A stretch of 64,000 bases of DNA, from positions 12,462,001 through 12,526,000 of the forward strand of contig OZ059894.1 of NCBI GenBank assembly GCA_964057225.1. Reading direction: 5' to 3'. The DNA comes from Auanema rhodensis (Eukaryota > Animalia > Nematoda). Within the stretch, counting starts at the first letter, position 1; every line of letters begins with the position of its first letter. The position numbers were made by a program, and so were the translations under genes. The notes beneath the pieces were generated by a model, which saw only the letters and a list, made by a program, of their open reading frames with translations, was not told where the DNA came from and ran no database searches. Below, in pieces: positions 41,701 through 55,080 of this stretch.

Positions 41701-43552
41701 TCAACAATTATTTTACCAATATGCCAATACAACAACATTTTTTTTAATGTGAGACAAATTGAAGCCTAATTTGATGAAAACTTTAGAACAGTTGATCATC
41801 ATTAAACGAAACGTTTGTATATATGAATGAACTTAACTATTAATTCACCAATATGCCAATACAACAACTTTTTTTAATGTGAGACAAATTGAAGCCTAAT
41901 TTGATGAAAACTTTAGAACAGTTGCAGTGACTCACACTTGAAAACACATGCCAAACCGTCTTTTTCATCTCACAGTACAACAGAAAACTGAGCAACATAT
42001 GAACATTGTGGTTGAACATGATGAGTCATCATTTACCGAAACGTTCGTATATATTATATGAATCACCTTAACAAATATTTCACCAATATGCCAATACAAC
42101 AACATTTTTTTTAATGTGAGACAAATTGAAGCCTAATTTGATGAAAACTTTGAAACAGTTGCAGTGACTCACACATGAAAACACATGCCAAACCGTTTTT
42201 TCTATCTCACAGTATAACAAGTAACTGAACAACATAAGCACGTCAAGGTTAAACAAGATTGATCATAATTTAACGAAACGTTTAAATATATGAATGAACT
42301 TAACTATTATTTCACCAATTTGCCAATTCAACAACTTTTTTCAATGTGAGACGAATTGCAGCATAATTTGATGAGAACTTTGGAACAGTTGCAGTGACCC
42401 ACACATGAAAACACATGCCAAACCGTTTTTTCTATCTCACAGTATAACAAGTAACTGAACAACATAAGCACATCAAGGTTTAACAAGATTGATCATCATT
42501 CAACGAAACGTTTGTATATATGAATGAATTTAACATTTATTTTACCAATAACCCAATGCAACTATCTTCTCTCATGTGAGACAAACTGAAGCCTAAGTTG
42601 ATAAGAACTTTGGAACAGTTGCAGTGACCCACACATGAAAACACATGCCAAATCGTTTTTTCTATCTCACATTATAACAAGTAACTGAACAACATAAGCC
42701 CATCGAGGTTAAACAAGATTGATCATCATTCAACGAAACGTTTAAATATATAAATGAACTCAATAATTATTTTACCAATATGCCAATGCAACAACTTTTT
42801 CTAATGTGAGACAAATTGAAGCCTAAGTTGATGAGAACTTTGGAACAGTTGCAGTGACTTACACATGAAAACACATGCCAAACCGTTTTTTCTATCTCAC
42901 ATTATAACAAGTAACTGAACAACATAAGCTCGTCGAGGTTAAACAAGATTGATCATCATTTAACGAAACGTTTAAATATATGAATGAACTCAACAATTAT
43001 TTTACCAATATGCCAATACAACAACATTTTTTTTAATGTGAGACAAATTGAAGCCTAATTTGATGAAAACTTTGAAACAGTTGCAGTGACTCACACATGA
43101 AAACACATGCCAAACCGTTTTTTCTATCTCACAGTATAACAAGTAACTGAACAACATAAGCACGTCAAGGTTAAACAAGATTGATCATAATTTAACGAAA
43201 CGTTTAAAAATATATGAATGAACTTAACTATTATCTCACCAATATGCCAATAGAACAACTTTTTTTAATGTGAGACAGATTGCAGCATAATTTGATGAGA
43301 ACTTTAGAACAGTTGCAGTGACTCACACATGGAAACACATGCCAAACCGTTTTTTCTATCTCACAGTATAACAAGTAACTGAACAACATAAGCTCGTCGA
43401 GGTTAAACAAGATTGATCATCATTTAACGAAACGTTTAAATATATGAATGAACTTAACAATTATTTTACCAATATGCCAATGCAACAACTTTTTCTAATG
43501 TGAGACAAATTGAAGCCTAAGTTGATGAGAACTTTGGAACAGTTGCAGTGAC
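29776..43552. repeat. Near-tandem ~6.7-kb duplication with 7112-bp period
   Basis: Three deletion junctions (30015/37127, 33159/40271, 34682/41794) and private SNP markers TCTCATAGT (30431/37543) and AAACAAAACG (33172/40284) all show offset 7112. Confidence 0.92.
30168..32018. repeat. 8-monomer higher-order repeat unit, 1851 bp (exemplar)
   Basis: D-to-D spacing is 1851 = 237+230+230+230+232+232+230+230. The same unit and order recur at 37280-39130, 41947-43797 and 47768-49618. Confidence 0.9.
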
Positions 43553-44244
43553 CCACACATGAAAACACATGCCAAACCGTTTTTTCTATCTCACATTATA
43601 ACAAGTAACTGAACAACATAAGCACATCGAGGTTAAACGAGATTGATCATCATTAAACGAAACGTTTGTATATATGAATGAACTTAACTATTATTTCACC
43701 AATATGCCAATACAACAACTTTTTTTAATGTGAGACAAATTGCAGCATAATTGGACGAGAACTTCAGAACAGTTGCAGTGACTCACACTTGAAAACACAT
43801 GCCAAACCGTTTTTTTTATCTCACAGTACAACAGAAAACTGAGCAACATATGAACATTGTGGTTGAACATGATGAGTCATCATTTACCGAAACGTTCGTA
43901 TGAATTATATGAATCAACTTAACAAATATTTCACCAATATGCCAATACAACAACATTTTTTTTAATGTGAGACAAATTGAAGCCTAATTTGATGGAAACT
44001 TTGAAACAGTTGCAGTGACTCACACATGAAAACACATGCCAAACCGTTTTTTCTATCTCACAGTATAACAAGTAACTGAACAACATAAGCACGTCAAGGT
44101 TAAACAAGATTGATCATAATTTAACGAAACGTTTAAATATATGAATGAACTTAACTATTATCTCACCAATATGCCAATACAACAACTTTTTTTAATGTGA
44201 GACGAATTGCAGCATAATTGGATGAGAACTTTGGAACAGTTGCA

Positions 44245-47200
44245 GTGACTTACACATGAAAACACATGCCAAACCGTTTTTTCTATCTCACATTATAACA
44301 AGTAACTGAACAACATAAGCTCGTCGAGGTTAAACAAGATTGATCATCATTTAACGAAACGTTTAAAAATATATGAATGAACTTAACAATTATTTTACCA
44401 ATATGCCAATGCAACCACTTTTTCTAATGTGAGACAAATTGAAGCCTAAGTTGATGAGAACTTTGGAACAGTTGCAGTGACCCACACATGAAAACACATG
44501 CCAAATCGTTTTTTCCATCTCACATTATAACAAGTAACTGAACAACATAAGCCCATCGAGGTTAAACAAGATTGATCATCATTCAACGAAACGTTTAAAT
44601 ATATGAATGAACTCAATAATTATTTTACCAATATGCCAATGCAACAACTTTTTCTAATGTGAGACAAATTGAAGCCTAAGTTGATGAGAACTTTGGAACA
44701 GTTGCAGTGACTTACACATGAAAACACATGCCAAACCGTTTTTTCTATCTCACATTATAACAAGTAACTGAACAACATAAGCTCGTCGAGGTTAAACAAG
44801 ATTGATCATCATTTAACGAAACGTTTAAATATATGAATGAACTCAACTATTATTTTACCAATATGCCAATACAACAACATTTTTTTTAATGTGAGACAAA
44901 TTGAAGCCTAATTTGATGAAAACTTTGAAACAGTTGCAGTGACTCACACATGAAAACACATGCCAAACCGTTTTTTCTATCTCACAGTATAACAAGTAAC
45001 TTAACAACATAAGCACATCGAGGTTAAACGAGATTGATCATCATTTAACGAAACGTTTAAATATATGAATGAACTCAACAATTATTTTACCAATATGCCA
45101 ATGCAACAACTTTTTCTAATGTGAGACAAATTGAAGCCTAAGTTGATGAGAACTTTGGAACAGTTGCAGTGACCCACACATGAAAACACATGCCAAACCG
45201 TTTTTTCTATCTCACATTATAACAAGTAACTGAACAACATAAGCACATCGAGGTTAAACGAGATTGATCATCATTAAACGAAACGTTTGTATATATGAAT
45301 GAACTCAACAATTATTTTACCAATATGCCAATACAAAAACATTTTTTTTAATGTGAGACAAATTGAAGCCTAATTTGATGAAAACTTTAGAACAGTTGCA
45401 GTGACCCACACATGAAAACACATGCCAAACCGTTTTTTCTATCTCACATTATAACAAGTAACTGAACAACATAAGCACATCGAGGTTAAACGAGATTGAT
45501 CATCATTAAACGAAACGTTTGTATATATGAATGAACTCAACAATTATTTTACCAATATGCCAATACAACAACATTTTTTTTAATGTGAGACAAATTGAAG
45601 CCTAATTTGATGAAAACTTTAGAACAGTTGATCATCATTAAACGAAACGTTTGTATATATGAATGAACTTAACTATTAATTCACCAATATGCCAATACAA
45701 CAACTTTTTTTAATGTGAGACAAATTGAAGCCTAATTTGATGAAAACTTTAGAACAGTTGCAGTGACTCACACTTGAAAACACATGCCAAACCGTCTATT
45801 TCATCTCACAGTACAACAGAAAACTGAGCAACATATGAACATTGTGGTTGAACATGATGAGTCATCATTTACCGAAACGTTCGTATATATTATATGAATC
45901 ACCTTAACAAATATTTCACCAATATGCCAATACAACAACATTTTTTTTAATGTGAGACAAATTGAAGCCTAATTTGATGAAAACTTTGAAACAGTTGCAG
46001 TGACTCACACATGAAAACACATGCCAAACCGTTTTTTCTATCTCACAGTATAACAAGTAACTGAACAACATAAGCACGTCAAGGTTAAACAAGATTGATC
46101 ATAATTTAACGAAACGTTTAAATATATGAATGAACTTAACTATTATTTCACCAATTTGCCAATTCAACAACTTTTTCTAATGTGAGACAAATTGAAGCCT
46201 AAGTTGATGAGAACTTTGGAACAGTTGCAGTGACCCACACATGAAAACACATGCCAAACCGTTTTTTCTATCTCACATTATAACAAGTAACTGAACAACA
46301 TAAGCTCGTCGAGGTTAAACAAGATTGATCATCATTTAACGAAACGTTTAAAAATATATGAATGAACTTAACAATTATTTTACCAATATGCCAATGCAAC
46401 CACTTTTTCTAATGTGAGACAAATTGAAGCCTAAGTTGATGAGAACTTTGGAACAGTTGCAGTGACCCACACATGAAAACACATGCCAAATCGTTTTTTC
46501 CATCTCACATTATAACAAGTAACTGAACAACATAAGCCCATCGAGGTTAAACAAGATTGATCATCATTCAACGAAACGTTTAAATATATGAATGAACTCA
46601 ATAATTATTTTACCAATATGCCAATGCAACAACTTTTTCTAATGTGAGACAAATTGAAGCCTAAGTTGATGAGAACTTTGGAACAGTTGCAGTGACTTAC
46701 ACATGAAAACACATGCCAAACCGTTTTTTCTATCTCACATTATAACAAGTAACTGAACAACATAAGCTCGTCGAGGTTAAACAAGATTGATCATCATTTA
46801 ACGAAACGTTTAAATATATGAATGAACTCAACTATTATTTTACCAATATGCCAATACAACAACATTTTTTTTAATGTGAGACAAATTGAAGCCTAATTTG
46901 ATGAAAACTTTGAAACAGTTGCAGTGACTCACACATGAAAACACATGCCAAACCGTTTTTTCTATCTCACAGTATAACAAGTAACTTAACAACATAAGCA
47001 CATCGAGGTTAAACGAGATTGATCATCATTTAACGAAACGTTTAAATATATGAATGAACTCAACAATTATTTTACCAATATGCCAATGCAACAACTTTTT
47101 CTAATGTGAGACAAATTGAAGCCTAAGTTGATGAGAACTTTGGAACAGTTGCAGTGACCCACACATGAAAACACATGCCAAACCGTTTTTTCTATCTCAC

Positions 47201-48160
47201 ATTATAACAAGTAACTGAACAACATAAGCACATCGAGGTTAAACGAGATTGATCATCATTAAACGAAACGTTTGTATATATGAATGAACTCAACAATTAT
47301 TTTACCAATATGCCAATACAAAAACATTTTTTTTAATGTGAGACAAATTGAAGCCTAATTTGATGAAAACTTTAGAACAGTTGCAGTGACCCACACATGA
47401 AAACACATGCCAAACCGTTTTTTCTATCTCACATTATAACAAGTAACTGAACAACATAAGCACATCGAGGTTAAACGAGATTGATCATCATTAAACGAAA
47501 CGTTTGTATATATGAATGAACTCAACAATTATTTTACCAATATGCCAATACAACAACATTTTTTTTAATGTGAGACAAATTGAAGCCTAATTTGATGAAA
47601 ACTTTAGAACAGTTGATCATCATTAAACGAAACGTTTGTATATATGAATGAACTTAACTATTAATTCACCAATATGCCAATACAACAACTTTTTTTAATG
47701 TGAGACAAATTGAAGCCTAATTTGATGAAAACTTTAGAACAGTTGCAGTGACTCACACTTGAAAACACATGCCAAACCGTCTTTTTCATCTCACAGTACA
47801 ACAGAAAACTGAGCAACATATGAACATTGTGGTTGAACATGATGAGTCATCATTTACCGAAACGTTCGTATATATTATATGAATCACCTTAACAAATATT
47901 TCACCAATATGCCAATACAACAACATTTTTTTTAATGTGAGACAAATTGAAGCCTAATTTGATGAAAACTTTGAAACAGTTGCAGTGACTCACACATGAA
48001 AACACATGCCAAACCGTTTTTTCTATCTCACAGTATAACAAGTAACTGAACAACATAAGCACGTCAAGGTTAAACAAGATTGATCATAATTTAACGAAAC
48101 GTTTAAATATATGAATGAACTTAACTATTATTTCACCAATTTGCCAATTCAACAACTTTT
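44245..48160. repeat. Tandem duplication, 1985-bp period
   Basis: Junctions 45630/47615 and ACTCAACTAT 44841/46826 show offset 1985. Boundaries are approximate. Confidence 0.82.
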
Positions 48161-50999
48161 TTCAATGTGAGACGAATTGCAGCATAATTTGATGAGAACT
48201 TTGGAACAGTTGCAGTGACCCACACATGAAAACACATGCCAAACCGTTTTTTCTATCTCACAGTATAACAAGTAACTGAACAACATAAGCACATCAAGGT
48301 TTAACAAGATTGATCATCATTCAACGAAACGTTTGTATATATGAATGAATTTAACATTTATTTTACCAATAACCCAATGCAACTATCTTCTCTCATGTGA
48401 GACAAACTGAAGCCTAAGTTGATAAGAACTTTGGAACAGTTGCAGTGACCCACACATGAAAACACATGCCAAATCGTTTTTTCTATCTCACATTATAACA
48501 AGTAACTGAACAACATAAGCCCATCGAGGTTAAACAAGATTGATCATCATTCAACGAAACGTTTAAATATATAAATGAACTCAATAATTATTTTACCAAT
48601 ATGCCAATGCAACAACTTTTTCTAATGTGAGACAAATTGAAGCCTAAGTTGATGAGAACTTTGGAACAGTTGCAGTGACTTACACATGAAAACACATGCC
48701 AAACCGTTTTTTCTATCTCACATTATAACAAGTAACTGAACAACATAAGCTCGTCGAGGTTAAACAAGATTGATCATCATTTAACGAAACGTTTAAATAT
48801 ATGAATGAACTCAACAATTATTTTACCAATATGCCAATACAACAACATTTTTTTTAATGTGAGACAAATTGAAGCCTAATTTGATGAAAACTTTGAAACA
48901 GTTGCAGTGACTCACACATGAAAACACATGCCAAACCGTTTTTTCTATCTCACAGTATAACAAGTAACTGAACAACATAAGCACGTCAAGGTTAAACAAG
49001 ATTGATCATAATTCAACGAAACGTTTAAAAATATATGAATGAACTTAACTATTATCTCACCAATATGCCAATAGAACAACTTTTTTTAATGTGAGACAGA
49101 TTGCAGCATAATTTGATGAGAACTTTAGAACAGTTGCAGTGACTCACACATGGAAACACATGCCAAACCGTTTTTTCTATCTCACAGTATAACAAGTAAC
49201 TGAACAACATAAGCTCGTCGAGGTTAAACAAGATTGATCATCATTTAACGAAACGTTTAAATATATGAATGAACTTAACAATTATTTTACCAATATGCCA
49301 ATGCAACAACTTTTTCTAATGTGAGACAAATTGAAGCCTAAGTTGATGAGAACTTTGGAACAGTTGCAGTGACCCACACATGAAAACACATGCCAAACCG
49401 TTTTTTCTATCTCACATTATAACAAGTAACTGAACAACATAAGCACATCGAGGTTAAACGAGATTGATCATCATTAAACGAAACGTTTGTATATATGAAT
49501 GAACTTAACTATTATTTCACCAATATGCCAATACAACAACTTTTTTTAATGTGAGACAAATTGCAGCATAATTGGACGAGAACTTCAGAACAGTTGCAGT
49601 GACTCACACTTGAAAACACATGCCAAACCGTTTTTTTTATCTCACAGTACAACAGAAAACTTGAGCAACATATGAACATTGTGGTTGAACATGATGAGTC
49701 ATCATTTACCGAAACGTTCGTATGAATTATATGAATCAACTTAACAAATATTTCACCAATATGCCAATACAACAACATTTTTTTTAATGTGAGACAAATT
49801 GAAGCCTAATTTGATGGAAACTTTGAAACAGTTGCAGTGACTCACACATGAAAACACATGCCAAACCGTTTTTTCTATCTCACAGTATAACAAGTAACTG
49901 AACAACATAAGCACGTCAAGGTTAAACAAGATTGATCATAATTTAACGAAACGTTTAAATATATGAATGAACTTAACTATTATCTCACCAATATGCCAAT
50001 ACAACAACTTTTTTTAATGTGAGACGAATTGCAGCATAATTTGATGAGAACTTTGGAACAGTTGCAGTGACTTACACATGAAAACACATGCCAAACCGTT
50101 TTTTCTATCTCACATTATAACAAGTAACTGAACAACATAAGCACATCAAGGTTTAACAAGATTGATCATCATTCAACGAAACGTTTGTATATATGAATGA
50201 ATTTAACATTTATTTTACCAATAACCCAATGCAACTATCTTCTCTCACGTGAGACAAATTGAAGCCTAAGTTGATAAGAACTTTGGAACAGTTGCAGTGA
50301 CCCACACATGAAAACACATGCCAAATCGTTTTTTCTATCTCACATTATAACAAGTAACTGAACAACATAAGCCCATCGAGGTTAAACAAGATTGATCATC
50401 ATTCAACGAAACGTTTAAATATATGAATGAACTCAATAATTATTTTACCAATATGCCAATGCAACAACTTTTTCTAATGTGAGACAAATTGAAGCCTAAG
50501 TTGATGAGAACTTCGGAACAGTTGCAGTGACTTACACATGAAAACACATGCCAAACCGTTTTTTCTATCTCACATTATAACAAGTAACTGAACAACATAA
50601 GTTCGTCGAGGTCAAACAAGATTGATCATCATTTAACGAAACGTTTAAATATATGAATGAACTCAACAATTATTTTACCAATATGCCAATACAACAACAT
50701 TTTTTTTAATGTGAGACAAATTGAAGCCTAATTTGATGAAAACTTTGAAACAGTTGCAGTGACTCACACATGAAAACACATGCCAAACCGTTTTTTCTAT
50801 CTCACAGTATAACAAGTAACTGAACAACATAAGCACGTCAAGGTTAAACAAGATTGATCATAATTTAACGAAACGTTTAAAAATATATGAATGAACTTAA
50901 CAATTATTTTACCAATATGCCAATGCAACCACTTTTTCTAATGTGAGACAAATTGAAGCCTAAGTTGATGAGAACTTTGGAACAGTTGCAGTGACTTAC

Positions 51000-53900
51000 A
51001 CATGAAAACACATGACAAACCGTTTTTTCTATCTCACATTATAACAAGTAACTGAACAACATAAGCTCGTCGAGGTTAAACAAGATTGATCATCATTTAA
51101 CGAAACGTTTAAATATATGAATGAACTCAACAATTATTTTACCAATATGCCAATACAACAACATTTTTTTTAATGTGAGACAAATTGAAGCCTAATTTGA
51201 TGAAAACTTTGAAACAGTTGCAGTGACTCACACATGAAAACACATGCCAAACCGTTTTTTCTATCTCACAGTATAACAAGTAACTGAACAACATAAGCAC
51301 GTCAAGGTTAAACAAGATTGATCATAATTTAACGAAACGTTTAAAAATATATGAATGAACTTAACAATTATTTTACCAATATGCCAATGCAACCACTTTT
51401 TCTAATGTGAGACAATTTGAAGCCTAAGTTGATGAGAACTTTGGAACAGTTGCAGTGACCCACACATGAAAACACATGCCAAATCGTTTTTTCCATCTCA
51501 CATTATAACAAGTAACTGAACAACATAAGCCCATCGAGGTTAAACAAGATTGATCATCATTCAACGAAACGTTTAAATATATGAATGAACTCAATAATTA
51601 TTTTACCAATATGCCAATGCAACAACTTTTTCTAATGTGAGACAAATTGAAGCCTAAGTTGATGAGAACTTTGGAACAGTTGCAGTGACCCACACATGAG
51701 AACACATGCCAAACCGTTTTTTCTATCTCACATTATAACAAGTAACTGAACAACATAAGCACGTCAAGGTTAAACAAGATTGATCATCATTTAACGAAAC
51801 GTTTAAATATATGAATGAACTCAACAATTATTTTACCAATATGCCAATGCAACAACTTTTTCTAATGTGAGACAAATTGAAGCCTAAGTTGATGAGAACT
51901 TTGGAACAGTTGCAGTGACTCACACATGAAAACACATGCCGAACCGTTTTTTATAGCTCACATTATAACAAGTAACTGAACAACATAAGCACATCGAGGT
52001 TAAACGAGATTGATCATCATTTAACGAAACGTTTAAATATATGAATGAACTTAACTATTATTTCACCAATATGCCAATACAACAACTTTTTTTAATGTGA
52101 GACGAATTGCAGCATAATTTGATGAGAACTTTGGAACAGTTGCAGTGACTTACACATGAAAACACATGCCAAACCGTTTTTTCTATCTCACAGTACAACA
52201 GAAAACTGAGCAACATATGAACATTGTGGTTGAACATGATGAGTCATCATTTACCGAAACGTTCGTATATATTAAATGAATCAACTTAACAAATATTTCA
52301 CCAATATGCCAATACAACAACATTTTTTTTAATGTGAGACAAATTGAAGCCTAATTTGATGGAAACTTTGAAACAGTTGCAGTGACTCACACATGAAAAC
52401 ACATGCCAAACCGTTTTTTCTATCTCACAGTATAACAAGTAACTGAACAACATAAGCACGTCAAGGTTAAACAAGATTGATCATAATTTAACGAAACGTT
52501 TAAATATATGAATGAACTTAACTATTATCTCACCAATATGCCAATACAACAACTTTTTTTAATGTGAGACGAATTGCAGCATAATTTGATGAGAACTTTG
52601 GAACAGTTGCAGTGACTTACACATGAAAACACATGCCAAACCGTTTTTTCTATCTCACATTATAACAAGTAACTGAACAACATAAGCACATCAAGGTTTA
52701 ACAAGATTGATCATCATTCAACGAAACGTTTGTATATATGAATGAATTTAACATTTATTTTACCAATAACCCAATGCAACTATCTTCTCTCATGTGAGAC
52801 AAATTGAAGCCTAAGTTGATAAGAACTTTGGAACAGTTGCAGTGACCCACACATGAAAACACATGCCAAATCGTTTTTTCTATCTCACATTATAACAAGT
52901 AACTGAACAACATAAGCCCATCGAGGTTAAACAAGATTGATCATCATTCAACGAAACGTTTAAATATATGAATGAACTCAATAATTATTTTACCAATATG
53001 CCAATGCAACAACTTTTTCTAACGTGAGACAAATTGAAGCCTAAGTTGATGAGAACTTCGGAACAGTTGCAGTGACTTACACATGAAAACACATGCCAAA
53101 CCGTTTCTTCTATCTCACATTATAACAAGTAACTGAACAACATAAGCTCGTCGAGGTTAAACAAGATTGATCATCATTTAACGAAACGTTCAAATATATG
53201 AATGAACTCAACAATTATTTTACCAATATGCCAATACAACAACATTTTTTTTAATGTGAGACAAATTGAAGCCTAATTTGATGAAAACTTTGAAACAGTT
53301 GCAGTGACTCACACATGAAAACACATGCCAAACCGTTTTTTCTATCTCACAGTATAACAAGTAACTGAACAACATAAGCACGTCAAGGTTAAACAAGATT
53401 GATCATAATTTAACGAAACGTTTAAAAATATATGAATGAACTTAACAATTATTTTACCAATATGCCAATGCAACCACTTTTTCTAATGTGAGACAATTTG
53501 AAGCCTAAGTTGATGAGAACTTTGGAACAGTTGCAGTGACCCACACATGAAAACACATGCCAAATCGTTTTTTCCATCTCACATTATAACAAGTAACTGA
53601 ACAACATAAGCCCATCGAGGTTAAACAAGATTGATCATCATTCAACGAAACGTTTAAATATATGAATGAACTCAATAATTATTTTATTAATATGCCAATG
53701 CAACAACTTTTTCTAATGTGAGACAAATTGAAGCCTAAGTTGATGAGAACTTTGGAACAGTTGCAGTGACCCACACATGAAAACACATGCCAAACCGTTT
53801 TTTCTATCTCACATTATAACAAGTAACTGAACAACATAAGCACGTCAAGGTTAAACAAGATTGATCATCATTTAACGAAACGTTTAAATATATGAATGAA

Positions 53901-55080
53901 CTCAACAATTATTTTACCAATATGCCAATGCAACAACTTTTTCTAATGTGAGACAAATTGAAGCCTAAGTTGATGAGAACTTTGGAACAGTTGCAGTGAC
54001 TCACACATGAAAACACATGCCGAACCGTTTTTTATATCTCACATTATAACAAGTAACTGAACAACATAAGCACATCGAGGTTAAACGAGATTGATCATCA
54101 TTTAACGAAACGTTTAAATATATGAATGAACTTAACTATTATCTCACCAATATGCCAATACAACAACTTTTTTTAATGTGAGACGAATTGCAGCATAATT
54201 TGATGAGAACTTTGGAACAGTTGCAGTGACTTACACATGAAAACACATGCCAAACCGTTTTTTCTATCTCACAGTACAACAGAAAACTGAGCAACATATG
54301 AACATTGTGGTTGAACATGATGAGTCATCATTTACCGAAACGTTCGTATATATTAAATGAATCAACTTAACAAATATTTCACCAATATGCCAATACAACA
54401 ACATTTTTTTTAATGTGAGACAAATTGAAGCCTAATTTGATGGAAACTTTGAAACAGTTGCAGTGACTCACACATGAAAACACATGCCAAACCGTTTTTT
54501 CTATCTCACAGTATAACAAGTAACTGAACAACATAAGCACGTCAAGGTTAAACAAGATTGATCATAATTTAACGAAACGTTTAAATATATGAATGAACTT
54601 AACTATTATCTCACCAATATGCCAATACAACAACTTTTTTTAATGTGAGACGAATTGCAGCATAATTTGATGAGAACTTTGGAACAGTTGCAGTGACTTA
54701 CACATGAAAACACATGCCAAACCGTTTTTTCTATCTCACATTATAACAAGTAACTGAACAACATAAGCACTTCGAGGTTTAACAAGATTGATCATCATTC
54801 AACAAAACGTTTGTATATATGAATGAATTTAACATTTATTTTACCAATAACCCAATGCAACTATCTTCTCTCATGTGAGACAAATTGAAGCCTAAGTTGA
54901 TAAGAACTTTGGAACAGTTGCAGTGACCCACACATGAAAACACATGCCAAATCGTTTTTTCTATCTCACATTATAACAAGTAACTGAACAACATAAGCCC
55001 ATCGAGGTTAAACAAGATTGATCATCATTCAACGAAACGTTTAAATATATGAATGAACTCAATAATTATTTTACCAATAT
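51000..55080. repeat. Tandem 9-monomer duplication, 2081-bp period, with several differences between copies
   Basis: GACAATTTGA (51411/53492), GCCGAACCG (G at 51941/54022) and the D monomers (52188/54269) show offset 2081. Boundaries are approximate. Confidence 0.82.

Noticed and set aside
49512-49778. 88-aa minus-strand ORF
   Set aside because: It arises from a private 1-bp insertion (AAAACTTGAGC near 49661) in one D monomer and is not open in the other D copies.
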